A stretch of 64,000 nt of DNA from Nitrosopumilaceae archaeon. GTDB lineage: Archaea; Thermoproteota; Nitrososphaeria; Nitrososphaerales; Nitrosopumilaceae. The DNA lies in NCBI GenBank assembly GCA_050117375.1, contig JASFMV010000001.1:421-64420 (forward strand), written 5' to 3'. A program made the translations under genes and the position numbers. Under the pieces are notes generated by a model. It made no database searches, had not been told where the DNA came from, and saw only the letters and a program-made list of their open reading frames with translations. Positions 25,240 through 34,719 of this stretch are shown here, piece after piece. Each line of letters starts with the position of its first letter. Position 1 is the stretch's first letter.

Positions 25240-25629
25240 ATGGCAGGATTTACAAATGCAGTTGCAGCGGCTACGCTAAATGCTTTTATTTCTGATTTAA
25301 GTACTAATTGTTATTTGGCATTATATACTGTTGTTCCCGGAGAGGATGGAACAGGCGGAACGGAAGCGGATTATACCGGATATGCAAGACAGCAAATAAC
25401 GAATTGGAATAGCGCAACCCTTGCCGATCCGTCAGTTAAATCAAATAACGAACAAATTAATTTTCCTCAATGCACTGCAGGATCTAATACAATAGTCGGC
25501 TGGGCAATTGTAAATGCTCTTTCAGGTGGGACAGTACAATTTGTTGGTTCGTTTACAAGTAGTTTAGAAGTTAGTAACGGCATTACTCCGATTATCGGGG
25601 ATGAAGATTTGGAATTAAGGCTGGATTAA
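25240..25629 (+). CDS. hypothetical virion protein
   Basis: The LALYTVVPGEDGTGGTEADYTGYARQ motif is one I recall from prophage structural regions. Confidence 0.45.
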   Translation: MAGFTNAVAAATLNAFISDLSTNCYLALYTVVPGEDGTGGTEADYTGYARQQITNWNSATLADPSVKSNNEQINFPQCTAGSNTIVGWAIVNALSGGTVQFVGSFTSSLEVSNGITPIIGDEDLELRLD

Positions 25630-25639
25630 GGATAATATA

Positions 25640-27085
25640 ATGGCAGTTGTTTGGTGTAATCCTGCTAATGTAGGAACAGAGGACGGAATAACAAGGGCGA
25701 CAGGTTGGGTCTACATGGCTGACGCTCTTATAGACGGAAATTTAAATACAACTGATGGCATTCGTGTAGCTGATAGTGGAGACGGTGCCGTTTTGCCTGG
25801 CACACTTGCATGGGTAGAGGGAAGTATAACAATAAACACCAGTGAAGATCTTACCGGAAGTTTGACCGCTGGTGATTTTATCGCTAAGTCGGATTTTGAT
25901 ACAGACGACAATGAAACTCCGCATGAAATTGCGTCTATTACTAGTTCAGTCATAACACTCACAAAAGTGTATGTGGGCGCAACGGAAACAATAAGTGGAA
26001 ATATAAAAATTTCTACGTTCGACGATTTAAACTGGTCCTTAAATGTTGCATCTATTCCGGTTAGTTGTGGATGGAAAAGCACAGATACTACAGAGGCAAC
26101 AGGCTGGACATTTTTAAGAAAAACCGGAACTAAAACTGGCACTGGAATTGATATTGCTGCAAATGGTGTGTCTTTGTATCGGGCTGGCGCATTTAGATAT
26201 GACAGAAATTTAGAAGTATATGGAATATATATAATTACTATTATAAATTTTTATGCTCTTAGTGCTGCCGACGAAAGTATGTATATACAAACAACAATAA
26301 AATCTTATTTTGAAAATATCTGGTCTTGTGGAAGTGACGACCAGGGAATATATATGGGGTATGGAATTAAAGATACAGAATTTTTTAATGTGCATTGCCA
26401 CGCAAACGATGATGGAATTTTGTTTAGCGGGAACCGACCTTATTTTTGCAGCGTTTATTGTTACTATAATACTTATGGAATATGGTGTAATGAAAATGAT
26501 TTTTTTGCAACAAACGTACATCTAAAAAATAATACGCATGGAATTGATATATTTAATTCCGGTGATCATACGTTAATAAATGTTGAATTTGATGGAAATA
26601 CTAATAATATAACTTTTGGTGGTAGTTATGATGTTAGTTCGGAGCGTCCTGGCTTAGCGATACAAAATTTTAATCTTGTTGCCGGTGATAATAGAAGCTA
26701 TTTTAAAAACGGAACTATTATTGCAGAGACTACTGAGGTTAGGACAACAAACAGCAGAAAATTTGAGGCTACCTCTGCAACGGAATACATAATAGAATGT
26801 TGTAAATATTTTCCGGTTAATTCCGGTGTTTCTGCTACATTGTCTTTTTATGCAAAAAATGACGTGAGTTTTAACGGAAATTTTGAAGCAAGTGTCTGGT
26901 TTGAAGGAATTAAAATAACCGATTGGACAGAAAAGACATTAACAACAGATTTTGCACAATATACAATTGTTGCTAATGCTATAGATATAGACAAAGACGG
27001 ACATGTGGAATTAAGGCTGCGCGCAAGAGGAACGGCCGGAACTGTTTATCTTGCTGATGATTCTACAGACTATGGAGTAAGCTAA
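25640..27085 (+). CDS. parallel beta-helix repeat protein
   Basis: Repeated short N/G/I-rich units (GIYMGYG, DDGILFSGN, YGIWCNEN, THGIDIFNSG, NNITFGG) fit a right-handed beta-helix. Confidence 0.5.
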   Translation: MAVVWCNPANVGTEDGITRATGWVYMADALIDGNLNTTDGIRVADSGDGAVLPGTLAWVEGSITINTSEDLTGSLTAGDFIAKSDFDTDDNETPHEIASITSSVITLTKVYVGATETISGNIKISTFDDLNWSLNVASIPVSCGWKSTDTTEATGWTFLRKTGTKTGTGIDIAANGVSLYRAGAFRYDRNLEVYGIYIITIINFYALSAADESMYIQTTIKSYFENIWSCGSDDQGIYMGYGIKDTEFFNVHCHANDDGILFSGNRPYFCSVYCYYNTYGIWCNENDFFATNVHLKNNTHGIDIFNSGDHTLINVEFDGNTNNITFGGSYDVSSERPGLAIQNFNLVAGDNRSYFKNGTIIAETTEVRTTNSRKFEATSATEYIIECCKYFPVNSGVSATLSFYAKNDVSFNGNFEASVWFEGIKITDWTEKTLTTDFAQYTIVANAIDIDKDGHVELRLRARGTAGTVYLADDSTDYGVS

Positions 27086-27903
27086 TGTATGTGAACGGAT
27101 TATCTTTATTTATTTATGATAACAGGGCATATATTAATGGTCTTGCTCTTTTGCTATATGTTGTAGAAAGTACAAACTTATCTGGATTTGGATTAAGTGA
27201 AAGCAACGAAGAAAGTACATTAACCGGAACAGGTAGTTTGAATGGAAATGAAACAAGTGTTTCTGATAGCCTGTCTTCTATTTTTGCAATAGGAAATTTA
27301 TTTGGATTCGGATTAAGCGAAAGTACCGCAGCAGCAAGTTTTTTGTCCGACGATTTGCCAAAAATAGAAACTTGTCAGGAATTTTTTAAATTTTTAAGAA
27401 CGTGGATAAATAAAATACTAAATGAAGACCGGGGATTGTCTGTACAAATTATTAAATCACATCAAAATGCTCCGGCATTAAAAGCGCAACATATTGTTAT
27501 AGACTATAGTCCACGTAGAACAAAAACAGGTAGAGCAACAAAAACAGATCCGGCCCCGGCCCCGGAAAATCCCGGAGACATGGAAGAGGGACTGGTCTAT
27601 ATAATTGAAGACTATTCTTACGTAGTAGAGTTACGTGAAGAAAATGGATGTGGAGATTATTTAAAATATATTGTTGATAGTATTGAAACGCACGATACAC
27701 AGCAATTATTTTTTGAAAATAAAGTTTCTTTTTTACGGTCAGGGGATATTCAAAATGTCCCGCGACTTGATGATACGTTTTGGAAAAAACAAGCAGTTGT
27801 TGAAATTGAAATAGGTCTTCCGACATATCTTAAAGATATGGGTGAAGGTTGGATAGATGAAATTAACTACACTGCAACTATTGGAGGTTTACAAAATGAG
27901 TAG
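27085..27903 (+). CDS. hypothetical tail-module protein
   Basis: Located immediately upstream of the sheath gene. Confidence 0.45.
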   Translation: MYVNGLSLFIYDNRAYINGLALLLYVVESTNLSGFGLSESNEESTLTGTGSLNGNETSVSDSLSSIFAIGNLFGFGLSESTAAASFLSDDLPKIETCQEFFKFLRTWINKILNEDRGLSVQIIKSHQNAPALKAQHIVIDYSPRRTKTGRATKTDPAPAPENPGDMEEGLVYIIEDYSYVVELREENGCGDYLKYIVDSIETHDTQQLFFENKVSFLRSGDIQNVPRLDDTFWKKQAVVEIEIGLPTYLKDMGEGWIDEINYTATIGGLQNE

Positions 27904-29248
27904 TTTAAATAATGTCGTAAGTGTTTCTATTAGTAGAGAAACACAATCAGTCACTCAGGCAGCGTTCGGGACTCCGGGAATAATAGCTGAATTTTCTACT
28001 ACAAAAACAACAGTTGAATTTGATAGATATCGGGAATATGCTTCACTGACAGAAATGTCAGAAGATGGATGGGGCACAGACGATGAAGTTTATCAGGCGG
28101 CTAGTTTAATTTTCAGCCAAAATCCAAAAGTAGATAAAGTAATGGTTGGTCGCAAAGATTCCGGTGATGCTGACTGGGACGAAGCATTAACAACAATAAG
28201 TTTATCGTCTAACGACTGGTATGTTTTTTGTATTATCGCAAGTCATGCAGGAACAGTTGTTTTTGATGCTGACTTTGTCGCTTCTAATGCGATTGATTTT
28301 ACAATTAATGATACAGTAGTTACTACTGTTAATTTTACTACAGATCAGGCAACCACAATGTCCGCTATTAAAGCACAAATCGAAAGCGATGTAACCGGAT
28401 CATCCGTGACAATAGATTCCAGTGACCCGGATAATCGGACTTTAATAATTGAGGTGTTTGGACAAAGTGGAGTTGATAGCGTTTCTGTTGCAGTTACCGG
28501 TGGAGTATCACAACCGGCCGCGGCGATCACTTATATAAATGAAGATGATTATAAAGAAGCGGCAGCTTGGGCAGAGACACAAAAAAAATTATTTATTTAT
28601 TGTTCAAGCTCTTCGGCTATAAAAAATCCGAGTAGTACCAGTGATATTGCCTACTTTGTAAAAAATCTCGGGTATGAACGGACAATAAGTTGTTACCATA
28701 CCGATGCGCAAGGAGATGCAGATCCGGCATTTTTTGAAACAGGATGGATTGGTGAAACTCTTCCGTATGATCCTGGTTCACAAACATGGTGCTACAAAAC
28801 TATTACCGGATTGTCCCCGTATAGTTTGAAGTCTTCTGAAAGAACTGCTATACTTGCAAAAAATTGTAATATCTATACAACAACCGGCGGTATAAATAAT
28901 ACCGAACAAGGAAAAGTTGCAAGCGGTGAATTTATAGATGTTATGCGGGGACTGGATTGGCTTGAAGCTAGATTACAAGAGGCTGTTTGGTCCGATCTTG
29001 CAAGTGAACGGAAAATCCCATACACTGACGAAGGCGTTACAATGGTTACCGGAACTATTCGGGGAGTATTAGAAGAGGCAGCACGGGCCGGACTTTTAGT
29101 TTTAGAAAGCATTGAAATATCTGCTCCGGCCGTTGCGGATATTCCAACAGCAAGTAGAACAGCACGAACATTACCGGACATAAATTTTTCAGCTACTTTG
29201 CAGGGAGCAATTCACAAAGTAGAAATTGAAGGAATTGTGACAATATAA
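27896..29248 (+). CDS. tail sheath protein (DUF3383-like)
   Basis: N-terminal VVSVSISRETQSVTQAAFGTPGIIA pattern, size, and a tube gene immediately downstream. ATG 27896 lies behind GGAGG. Confidence 0.65.
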   Translation: MSSLNNVVSVSISRETQSVTQAAFGTPGIIAEFSTTKTTVEFDRYREYASLTEMSEDGWGTDDEVYQAASLIFSQNPKVDKVMVGRKDSGDADWDEALTTISLSSNDWYVFCIIASHAGTVVFDADFVASNAIDFTINDTVVTTVNFTTDQATTMSAIKAQIESDVTGSSVTIDSSDPDNRTLIIEVFGQSGVDSVSVAVTGGVSQPAAAITYINEDDYKEAAAWAETQKKLFIYCSSSSAIKNPSSTSDIAYFVKNLGYERTISCYHTDAQGDADPAFFETGWIGETLPYDPGSQTWCYKTITGLSPYSLKSSERTAILAKNCNIYTTTGGINNTEQGKVASGEFIDVMRGLDWLEARLQEAVWSDLASERKIPYTDEGVTMVTGTIRGVLEEAARAGLLVLESIEISAPAVADIPTASRTARTLPDINFSATLQGAIHKVEIEGIVTI

Positions 29249-29262
29249 ATGGAGGAAGAAAA

Positions 29263-29700
29263 ATGAGAGATCCACAAGTTAGAACATACGATCCCAAAAA
29301 AGTTGTAATTACTTGGGGCACAATAATTTTTACAGGATATATGTCCGGCACATTTATTACAATTGCACGTAGTGGAGATATATTTGAAAAGGATAAGGGC
29401 AGTGACGGAACAATTGACCGTATTAACAAAAACGCGGTCGATTTTGCGGTTACCGTAACGTTAAAACAAACATCTATTACAAATGATTTATTGTCGGCAG
29501 CAATGAAAATTGACATAGAAAGCAATACAAGTATTTACCCGCTAACTGTTGCAGACGTGGGCGGCACAACTTTATTTTTTGCCAGTCAAGCGTGGATAGG
29601 AAAAGATCCGGATGATGAACATTCTGATTCTTTAGTAGGCAGGGAATGGAGATTCGACACAGGTCCGGCAGAAAAATTCACCGGTGGAAATATTGCGTAA
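29263..29700 (+). CDS. tail tube protein (DUF3277-like)
   Basis: The pattern YDPKKVVITWGTIIFTGYMSGTFITIARSGD...GSDGTIDRINKN...TVTLKQTSITNDLLS fits. Confidence 0.65.
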   Translation: MRDPQVRTYDPKKVVITWGTIIFTGYMSGTFITIARSGDIFEKDKGSDGTIDRINKNAVDFAVTVTLKQTSITNDLLSAAMKIDIESNTSIYPLTVADVGGTTLFFASQAWIGKDPDDEHSDSLVGREWRFDTGPAEKFTGGNIA

Positions 29701-29723
29701 TTTAAAAAAAGTGGAGGAACCAA

Positions 29724-30203
29724 ATGGAAGAACAAAAAGAATTAATCATTGATGGGATTAAGTTTCAGTTGTACCCGCTCAATGTAATGACTGCTCTTAA
29801 GCTGGATAAAAAGGTAGTATCTTTATTACTACCGGTTTTGTCGGGAGTGGATGATTTTGATTTAGACGCTGAAATAGATCTTGGAAAAGCCATGTCGGCG
29901 TTTAGTACCAGCCTTGCAAATATGAAAGATGAAGATTTTATTTCTTTTGTAAAAGAAATGTTGTCTACAATAGTTGTAGAAGTCCCCGGACAGGCTCCAA
30001 CTCAAATTCAATCTGAGTCGGAAATAAATACAGTGTTTAAAGGATCAATTGTAACAATTTATAAATTGCTATGGGAGGTGATGAAGTTTAACAATTTCTC
30101 CCCTTTCGTGGTGGCGGATGGTGGAACAGGAATGATTCAAACAATTATCTCAAGAAAGGCAGGTCAGCAGAAAATGCAAAGTGGAAAAGGATCGGCAAAA
30201 TAG
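29724..30203 (+). CDS. tail assembly chaperone (G-like)
   Basis: Lies between the tube and tape measure genes, behind GTGGAGGAACCAAATG. Confidence 0.55.
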   Translation: MEEQKELIIDGIKFQLYPLNVMTALKLDKKVVSLLLPVLSGVDDFDLDAEIDLGKAMSAFSTSLANMKDEDFISFVKEMLSTIVVEVPGQAPTQIQSESEINTVFKGSIVTIYKLLWEVMKFNNFSPFVVADGGTGMIQTIISRKAGQQKMQSGKGSAK

Positions 30204-30397
30204 GCGATCTAACCGGGGAGTTAGAATGGGAATGGCCGGTATGGAAATTATGTTTATTAAATAATATTCCTTTATCTGAAATAAAAAATCACTGGACCTT
30301 AAAGGATGTGCAAAAGGCTCTTGATTTTTTAGAAATGCAAAACGATTATGAAACGGCTTCCCATGCATTTTTTGAAGACAGAATAAAGAAAAAATGA
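30195..30397 (+). other. -1 frame extension of the chaperone (GT-like frameshift product)
   Basis: The -1 frame is open from the GCA-AAA-TAG site (30195-30203) to TGA at 30395-30397. It has no start codon of its own and ends in an ATGA overlap with the tape measure start. Confidence 0.45.
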
Positions 30398-32010
30398 CAG
30401 TACGGGAACTTATAAATAAAATTGGTTTTAAAGTAGACCAAGGACAGGCAAAAAAGGCAGAAAAGTCTGTCAAAAAAATGTCTACTAAAATGAAGCTTGC
30501 AATCGGTAGCGTTGTTGCCGGAGTGCTTTGGATTGGTAAATCTGCAATTAGTGCCGCAGCGGACATGGAAATGCTAACAACACAATTTGAAGTTATGTTG
30601 GGAAGTACGGAAGCAGCGAATGATATGATGCAGCAATTAAGAAGTTTTGCTGCATCAACTCCGTTTGCGTTAGAAGATTTAGCAAAAGGCACACAAACAT
30701 TATTATCATATAAAGTTAGTTCTGAAGATGTGTTAGGCGTTATGCGAATGCTTGGCGATACTGCCCAGGGAAATTCTGAAAATTTAAAAACTTTGTCTAC
30801 TGCATTCGGCAGAATTACCGCTGACGGTAAAGCTACTGGAGAAACATTAAATATGATTCAGGAAAGGGGCATTGGAATTTATTCAGAATTAGCTGAAATG
30901 AAAGGAACAACTGTTGTACAATTAAGAAAAATGGTATCGGCCGGACAAATATCTGCCGCAGATGTTAAAGCGTCGTTTGAACGGATGACAAGTGAAGGCG
31001 GAATGTTTTTTCAAGGAATGGAAAAACAATCAAAAACATTTCTTGGACTTGTTTCTACAATGAAGGATAATTTTAAAGACTTATTAGCTGAGGTCGGATC
31101 AGCGTTACTTCCTGTTATGAAAGAAGTTGTAGAAATTATTACAAAGCTTGTACAAGGTCCGCTTGGTGAATTAATAGCAGTAATTGTAAATAATTTAACA
31201 CCTGTTTTACAAATGCTTGGACAGCTGCTAGGCCCGTTGTTTGAAGCATTAATTCCGGTTTTTATGGCATTAAATGCAGTTATTAAACCGTTTATAGAAA
31301 TACTAACAGGTATATTATTACCGGTACTTCAAGCCGTTGTCCCGTTATTTCAAGTATTTTCCGAAGTGTTTTTAATAATCGGAGAGATTTTAACTCACTT
31401 AGTTCCGTTATTTCAGGCACTGGGACAAATTATATTTTTTGTTGTTAATATTGTTGTTTTGATGTTACAAGTTCTTATGCCTCTCATAGAAGTGATAGGA
31501 TGGATTATAGGAATTGTTGCAGATATCTTGACACCGATATTTGCTATTTTTGCGGATCTTTTAAGCATTATATTTAGTATTCTTGAACCGTTGATGCCTT
31601 TATTTGTTTTGTTCGGAAAAGTTTTATCCTGGGTTGCTAAAATTTTGGGAGTTCTTTTGTGGCCGATTAAAATAATTGTTGAAGGTATTAAATGGGTCGT
31701 GGATAGAATAAAAGATTTGGTTGATTGGATTATGGGGGAAGACGAAGACAAAAAGAAAAAAGAAGAAGACGAAAAAAAGAAATCTCTAAAACCAACTACT
31801 TTAAAAATGAAAGCTTCATCCTTAGCAAGTAATATGAAAGGTGGAATGAAGGGCGGAAATGTTGCAAATGTAAATATGACAAATAATGTTGGAGTAAATG
31901 CCCAGGGAAATATTGGCAGTAAGGCCGGGGCCGAACGTGTAATGAAAGAGGCTGCTAAATCTGTATTTACAGTAGAGTTACAAAAAATATTAATTAATTC
32001 CGGGTACTAA
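30394..32010 (+). CDS. tape measure protein
   Basis: N-terminal tape-measure-like region, a long hydrophobic/helical central part, and the expected position. Confidence 0.75.
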   Translation: MTVRELINKIGFKVDQGQAKKAEKSVKKMSTKMKLAIGSVVAGVLWIGKSAISAAADMEMLTTQFEVMLGSTEAANDMMQQLRSFAASTPFALEDLAKGTQTLLSYKVSSEDVLGVMRMLGDTAQGNSENLKTLSTAFGRITADGKATGETLNMIQERGIGIYSELAEMKGTTVVQLRKMVSAGQISAADVKASFERMTSEGGMFFQGMEKQSKTFLGLVSTMKDNFKDLLAEVGSALLPVMKEVVEIITKLVQGPLGELIAVIVNNLTPVLQMLGQLLGPLFEALIPVFMALNAVIKPFIEILTGILLPVLQAVVPLFQVFSEVFLIIGEILTHLVPLFQALGQIIFFVVNIVVLMLQVLMPLIEVIGWIIGIVADILTPIFAIFADLLSIIFSILEPLMPLFVLFGKVLSWVAKILGVLLWPIKIIVEGIKWVVDRIKDLVDWIMGEDEDKKKKEEDEKKKSLKPTTLKMKASSLASNMKGGMKGGNVANVNMTNNVGVNAQGNIGSKAGAERVMKEAAKSVFTVELQKILINSGY

Positions 32011-32567
32011 TGATGGCTGATTTGCCTTTTAATTTATTTTTTAAATATAACAGAGCTTACGGAGTAGGCAATATAAAATTTGATTTAATAATGAGCGAAG
32101 ATCATAATTTTGAATCTGACGTTACGGACCACCCGGTTGAAGATGGTTCTAATATAACAGACCACATACAAAACAGACTAGAAAACGGAACGCTTACCGG
32201 AATTATTTCAAATTTTAGTATTAACACACCCGGTCTATATTCTAACAGGGCACAAGATGCATTTGATGCGTTAGTAGCTCTCTGGAAAGAAAAAACATTA
32301 GTGACAATAACTACTGTTTTACGGGTGTATGAAAATGTAGCAATTGTTAGTATTCCTATTGCACGTGATACAGATTCCGGGGAGAGCATTACTATTCAAG
32401 TTTCTTTTAAGCAAGTAAAAACAGTAAAATTACAAGAAGTTACTTTGGAATTAGATGTAAAAGTTCAGGATTTAAAAAGTAATAAAAACAGACAGGTAGC
32501 AAAAAAAACGGAAGTAGGCCGGACAACAAAACAAAATACAACGGCAAACCCGTACTGGGCAGGATAA
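32010..32567 (+). CDS. tail/baseplate protein
   Basis: Assigned from its position after the tape measure gene. Confidence 0.45.
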   Translation: MMADLPFNLFFKYNRAYGVGNIKFDLIMSEDHNFESDVTDHPVEDGSNITDHIQNRLENGTLTGIISNFSINTPGLYSNRAQDAFDALVALWKEKTLVTITTVLRVYENVAIVSIPIARDTDSGESITIQVSFKQVKTVKLQEVTLELDVKVQDLKSNKNRQVAKKTEVGRTTKQNTTANPYWAG

Positions 32568-32926
32568 TGGATAATATACCGACATATCAAGACACTTCGA
32601 GCAGCTTTGAACAAGAAATTATTTTAGGCGATCGCTTGATGATTATAACATTGTTTTGGAACTCTCGAAGTGGAGCGTGGTACATGGATATAGAAGACAA
32701 TGAAACCGGGGACAGCGTAAGCGGTGTAAAACTTATTCCTGATTGGCCGGTTTTAAGACAGTACCGGGCCTATATCCCGGATTTTGACGGTGACATAATG
32801 GTAATTGCTATAGATACGGATGTGGACGAACGAATTACATATGAAAATCTAAATGACGGGTATGAACTAAACTATATAACAGCTGAAGAACTTGAGCAAT
32901 GGGAAGATTATAATGGCGTGGGATAG
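32567..32926 (+). CDS. tail/baseplate protein
   Basis: Assigned from position. Confidence 0.45.
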   Translation: MDNIPTYQDTSSSFEQEIILGDRLMIITLFWNSRSGAWYMDIEDNETGDSVSGVKLIPDWPVLRQYRAYIPDFDGDIMVIAIDTDVDERITYENLNDGYELNYITAEELEQWEDYNGVG

Positions 32927-33770
32927 GTATACAAAAATAACAGTTACAAATGAAGGTACCGGACTGGTTATTAGTGATCTTGATATAGATTTTGATATTA
33001 ACCGGTCTATAACGCTGGCAGAAAACACGGCAGAATTGACCGTATACAATGCTCAAGAAACTACCCGGAAACAGGTTTTAAAAAAAGGAGCTACTATAGT
33101 ATTTGAAGCCGGATATAAAGATGAATCAGTGGCTACTATCTTTGCCGGGAGTATTACAAAAAGCAATTCGTATAAAAACGGAAATGATGTTATTACAGAA
33201 ATAAAAGCAGTTGCTGGAAGGGGATCAAACATAAGTTTAAAAAATATTGATATTAGTATTTCTTATTCGGCTGGAACATTTCTGAGTAGACCTATCCGGG
33301 ACATTGCAGCGCTTATGGGGCTTGTTATACACGGAATAGAAACGGCAAACATTAAACTACCTAATGGGTGGGTTTTTGCCGGAAGTGTAAATGGTGCTTT
33401 AAGATATATACATGATGTGCTTAGTTCTTCCGGTATAAATATGTATATAGATAATAATGAATTAGTGATACATAATGTTACCGGGACAAGCCGTTTTAAT
33501 ATTGTTTTATTATCCTATGAAGGTGGATTATTAAAAATAGAAGATATTACGGAAGCAGAAAATCAATCATCCACTTCTAAAAATAAAAGCAAAGAAGTTA
33601 AAAAAAAATTAAAATTTGATTCTTTGTTAATATCTCAATTACAAATAAATTGTCCGGTAACATTTAGAACAGAAAATTTAAATGCTACTTATATTGTAGA
33701 AAAATTAAGATTTTTTGGAAATAATTACGGCGGTGATTTTAATTGTGAAGGTGAGGTAATAGAACAATGA
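32913..33770 (+). CDS. baseplate hub candidate (XkdQ / gpD-like)
   Basis: Size and position fit a PBSX-like baseplate gene order. ATG is at 32913. Confidence 0.4.
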   Translation: MAWDRYTKITVTNEGTGLVISDLDIDFDINRSITLAENTAELTVYNAQETTRKQVLKKGATIVFEAGYKDESVATIFAGSITKSNSYKNGNDVITEIKAVAGRGSNISLKNIDISISYSAGTFLSRPIRDIAALMGLVIHGIETANIKLPNGWVFAGSVNGALRYIHDVLSSSGINMYIDNNELVIHNVTGTSRFNIVLLSYEGGLLKIEDITEAENQSSTSKNKSKEVKKKLKFDSLLISQLQINCPVTFRTENLNATYIVEKLRFFGNNYGGDFNCEGEVIEQ

Positions 33771-34354
33771 TTGAAGGCACAGTAGACATATTTGAAAAGT
33801 TTTTTAAGAGTCGCGAAGAGTGTATTCATACTTGTCTGCCGGGAAAAATAACAAGATATGATGCAGACAAAAGAAAAGCGGTTGTTAAACCACTTGTAAA
33901 AATAAAAAATAAAAACGGGGCAATAATAGAAGTCCCGGCAATAAGTGAAGTTCCGGTTATTTGTCCCGGCGGTTCAAATTTTTCTTTAACATGGGATATT
34001 AAAAATGGAGATGGTTGTTTAATTTTGTTTGCCGAAACAGGGATAGGAAATTATTTAAATAGTTCCGGGCAGGTTGTGGAAGCCGATGATATGTCCCGTT
34101 TCTCTCTTACGGATGCAATTTGCATTCCGGGATTGTTCCCGTTTTCATCTGTGCCGGACAGTAATGTAATAATTGAAAGTACATTAAATTCAAAATTAAA
34201 AATAGAAAATAAAACAGAAAATTTAAATACATTGTTACAAGATTTAATTACAGCAATAAAAGATATAACAACTACCGGAGGGTATTCTGTAAATCCGGCC
34301 AGTCAATTATCTCTAACAAATATAGCAACCAGGATAGAAACATTATTGGAGTAA
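33767..34354 (+). CDS. baseplate spike / puncturing-device protein (Gp138_N/gpV-like)
   Basis: The pattern CLPGKITRYDADKRKAVVKPLV...VPAISEVPVICPGG...GDGCLILFAE fits. Confidence 0.5.
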   Translation: MIEGTVDIFEKFFKSREECIHTCLPGKITRYDADKRKAVVKPLVKIKNKNGAIIEVPAISEVPVICPGGSNFSLTWDIKNGDGCLILFAETGIGNYLNSSGQVVEADDMSRFSLTDAICIPGLFPFSSVPDSNVIIESTLNSKLKIENKTENLNTLLQDLITAIKDITTTGGYSVNPASQLSLTNIATRIETLLE

Positions 34355-34356
34355 TT

Positions 34357-34719
34357 ATGAAAAATTTATATTTAAATAAAGAAACAAGTGATTTAGAATT
34401 AAAAAATTTTAATTTAAGATTAACGGAAAATAATACTGAGTGGCTTTCACAAAGAATCGAAAACGAATTTAAGTTTTTTTATGGGGAGTGGTTCGCAGAG
34501 CAGACAAGGGGCCTAGATCATTTTGGCAAAGTTTTAAAAAAACAAGTCGACGTTGATCAGGTATATGCATTATATTATGATTTTCTTAAAAATATAACAG
34601 GCGTTAGTTCTATTGAAAGCTTTGAGGTTGATTATGTTCGTGAAACAAGAACATATACAATTAATTTTGTGGTTATAAGTGAAGAAAATGAAACAGTTGA
34701 AGGGAGCGTGACAGTGTAA
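34357..34719 (+). CDS. baseplate wedge protein (gp25/W-like)
   Basis: 120 aa, immediately upstream of the baseplate J-like gene. Confidence 0.45.
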   Translation: MKNLYLNKETSDLELKNFNLRLTENNTEWLSQRIENEFKFFYGEWFAEQTRGLDHFGKVLKKQVDVDQVYALYYDFLKNITGVSSIESFEVDYVRETRTYTINFVVISEENETVEGSVTV

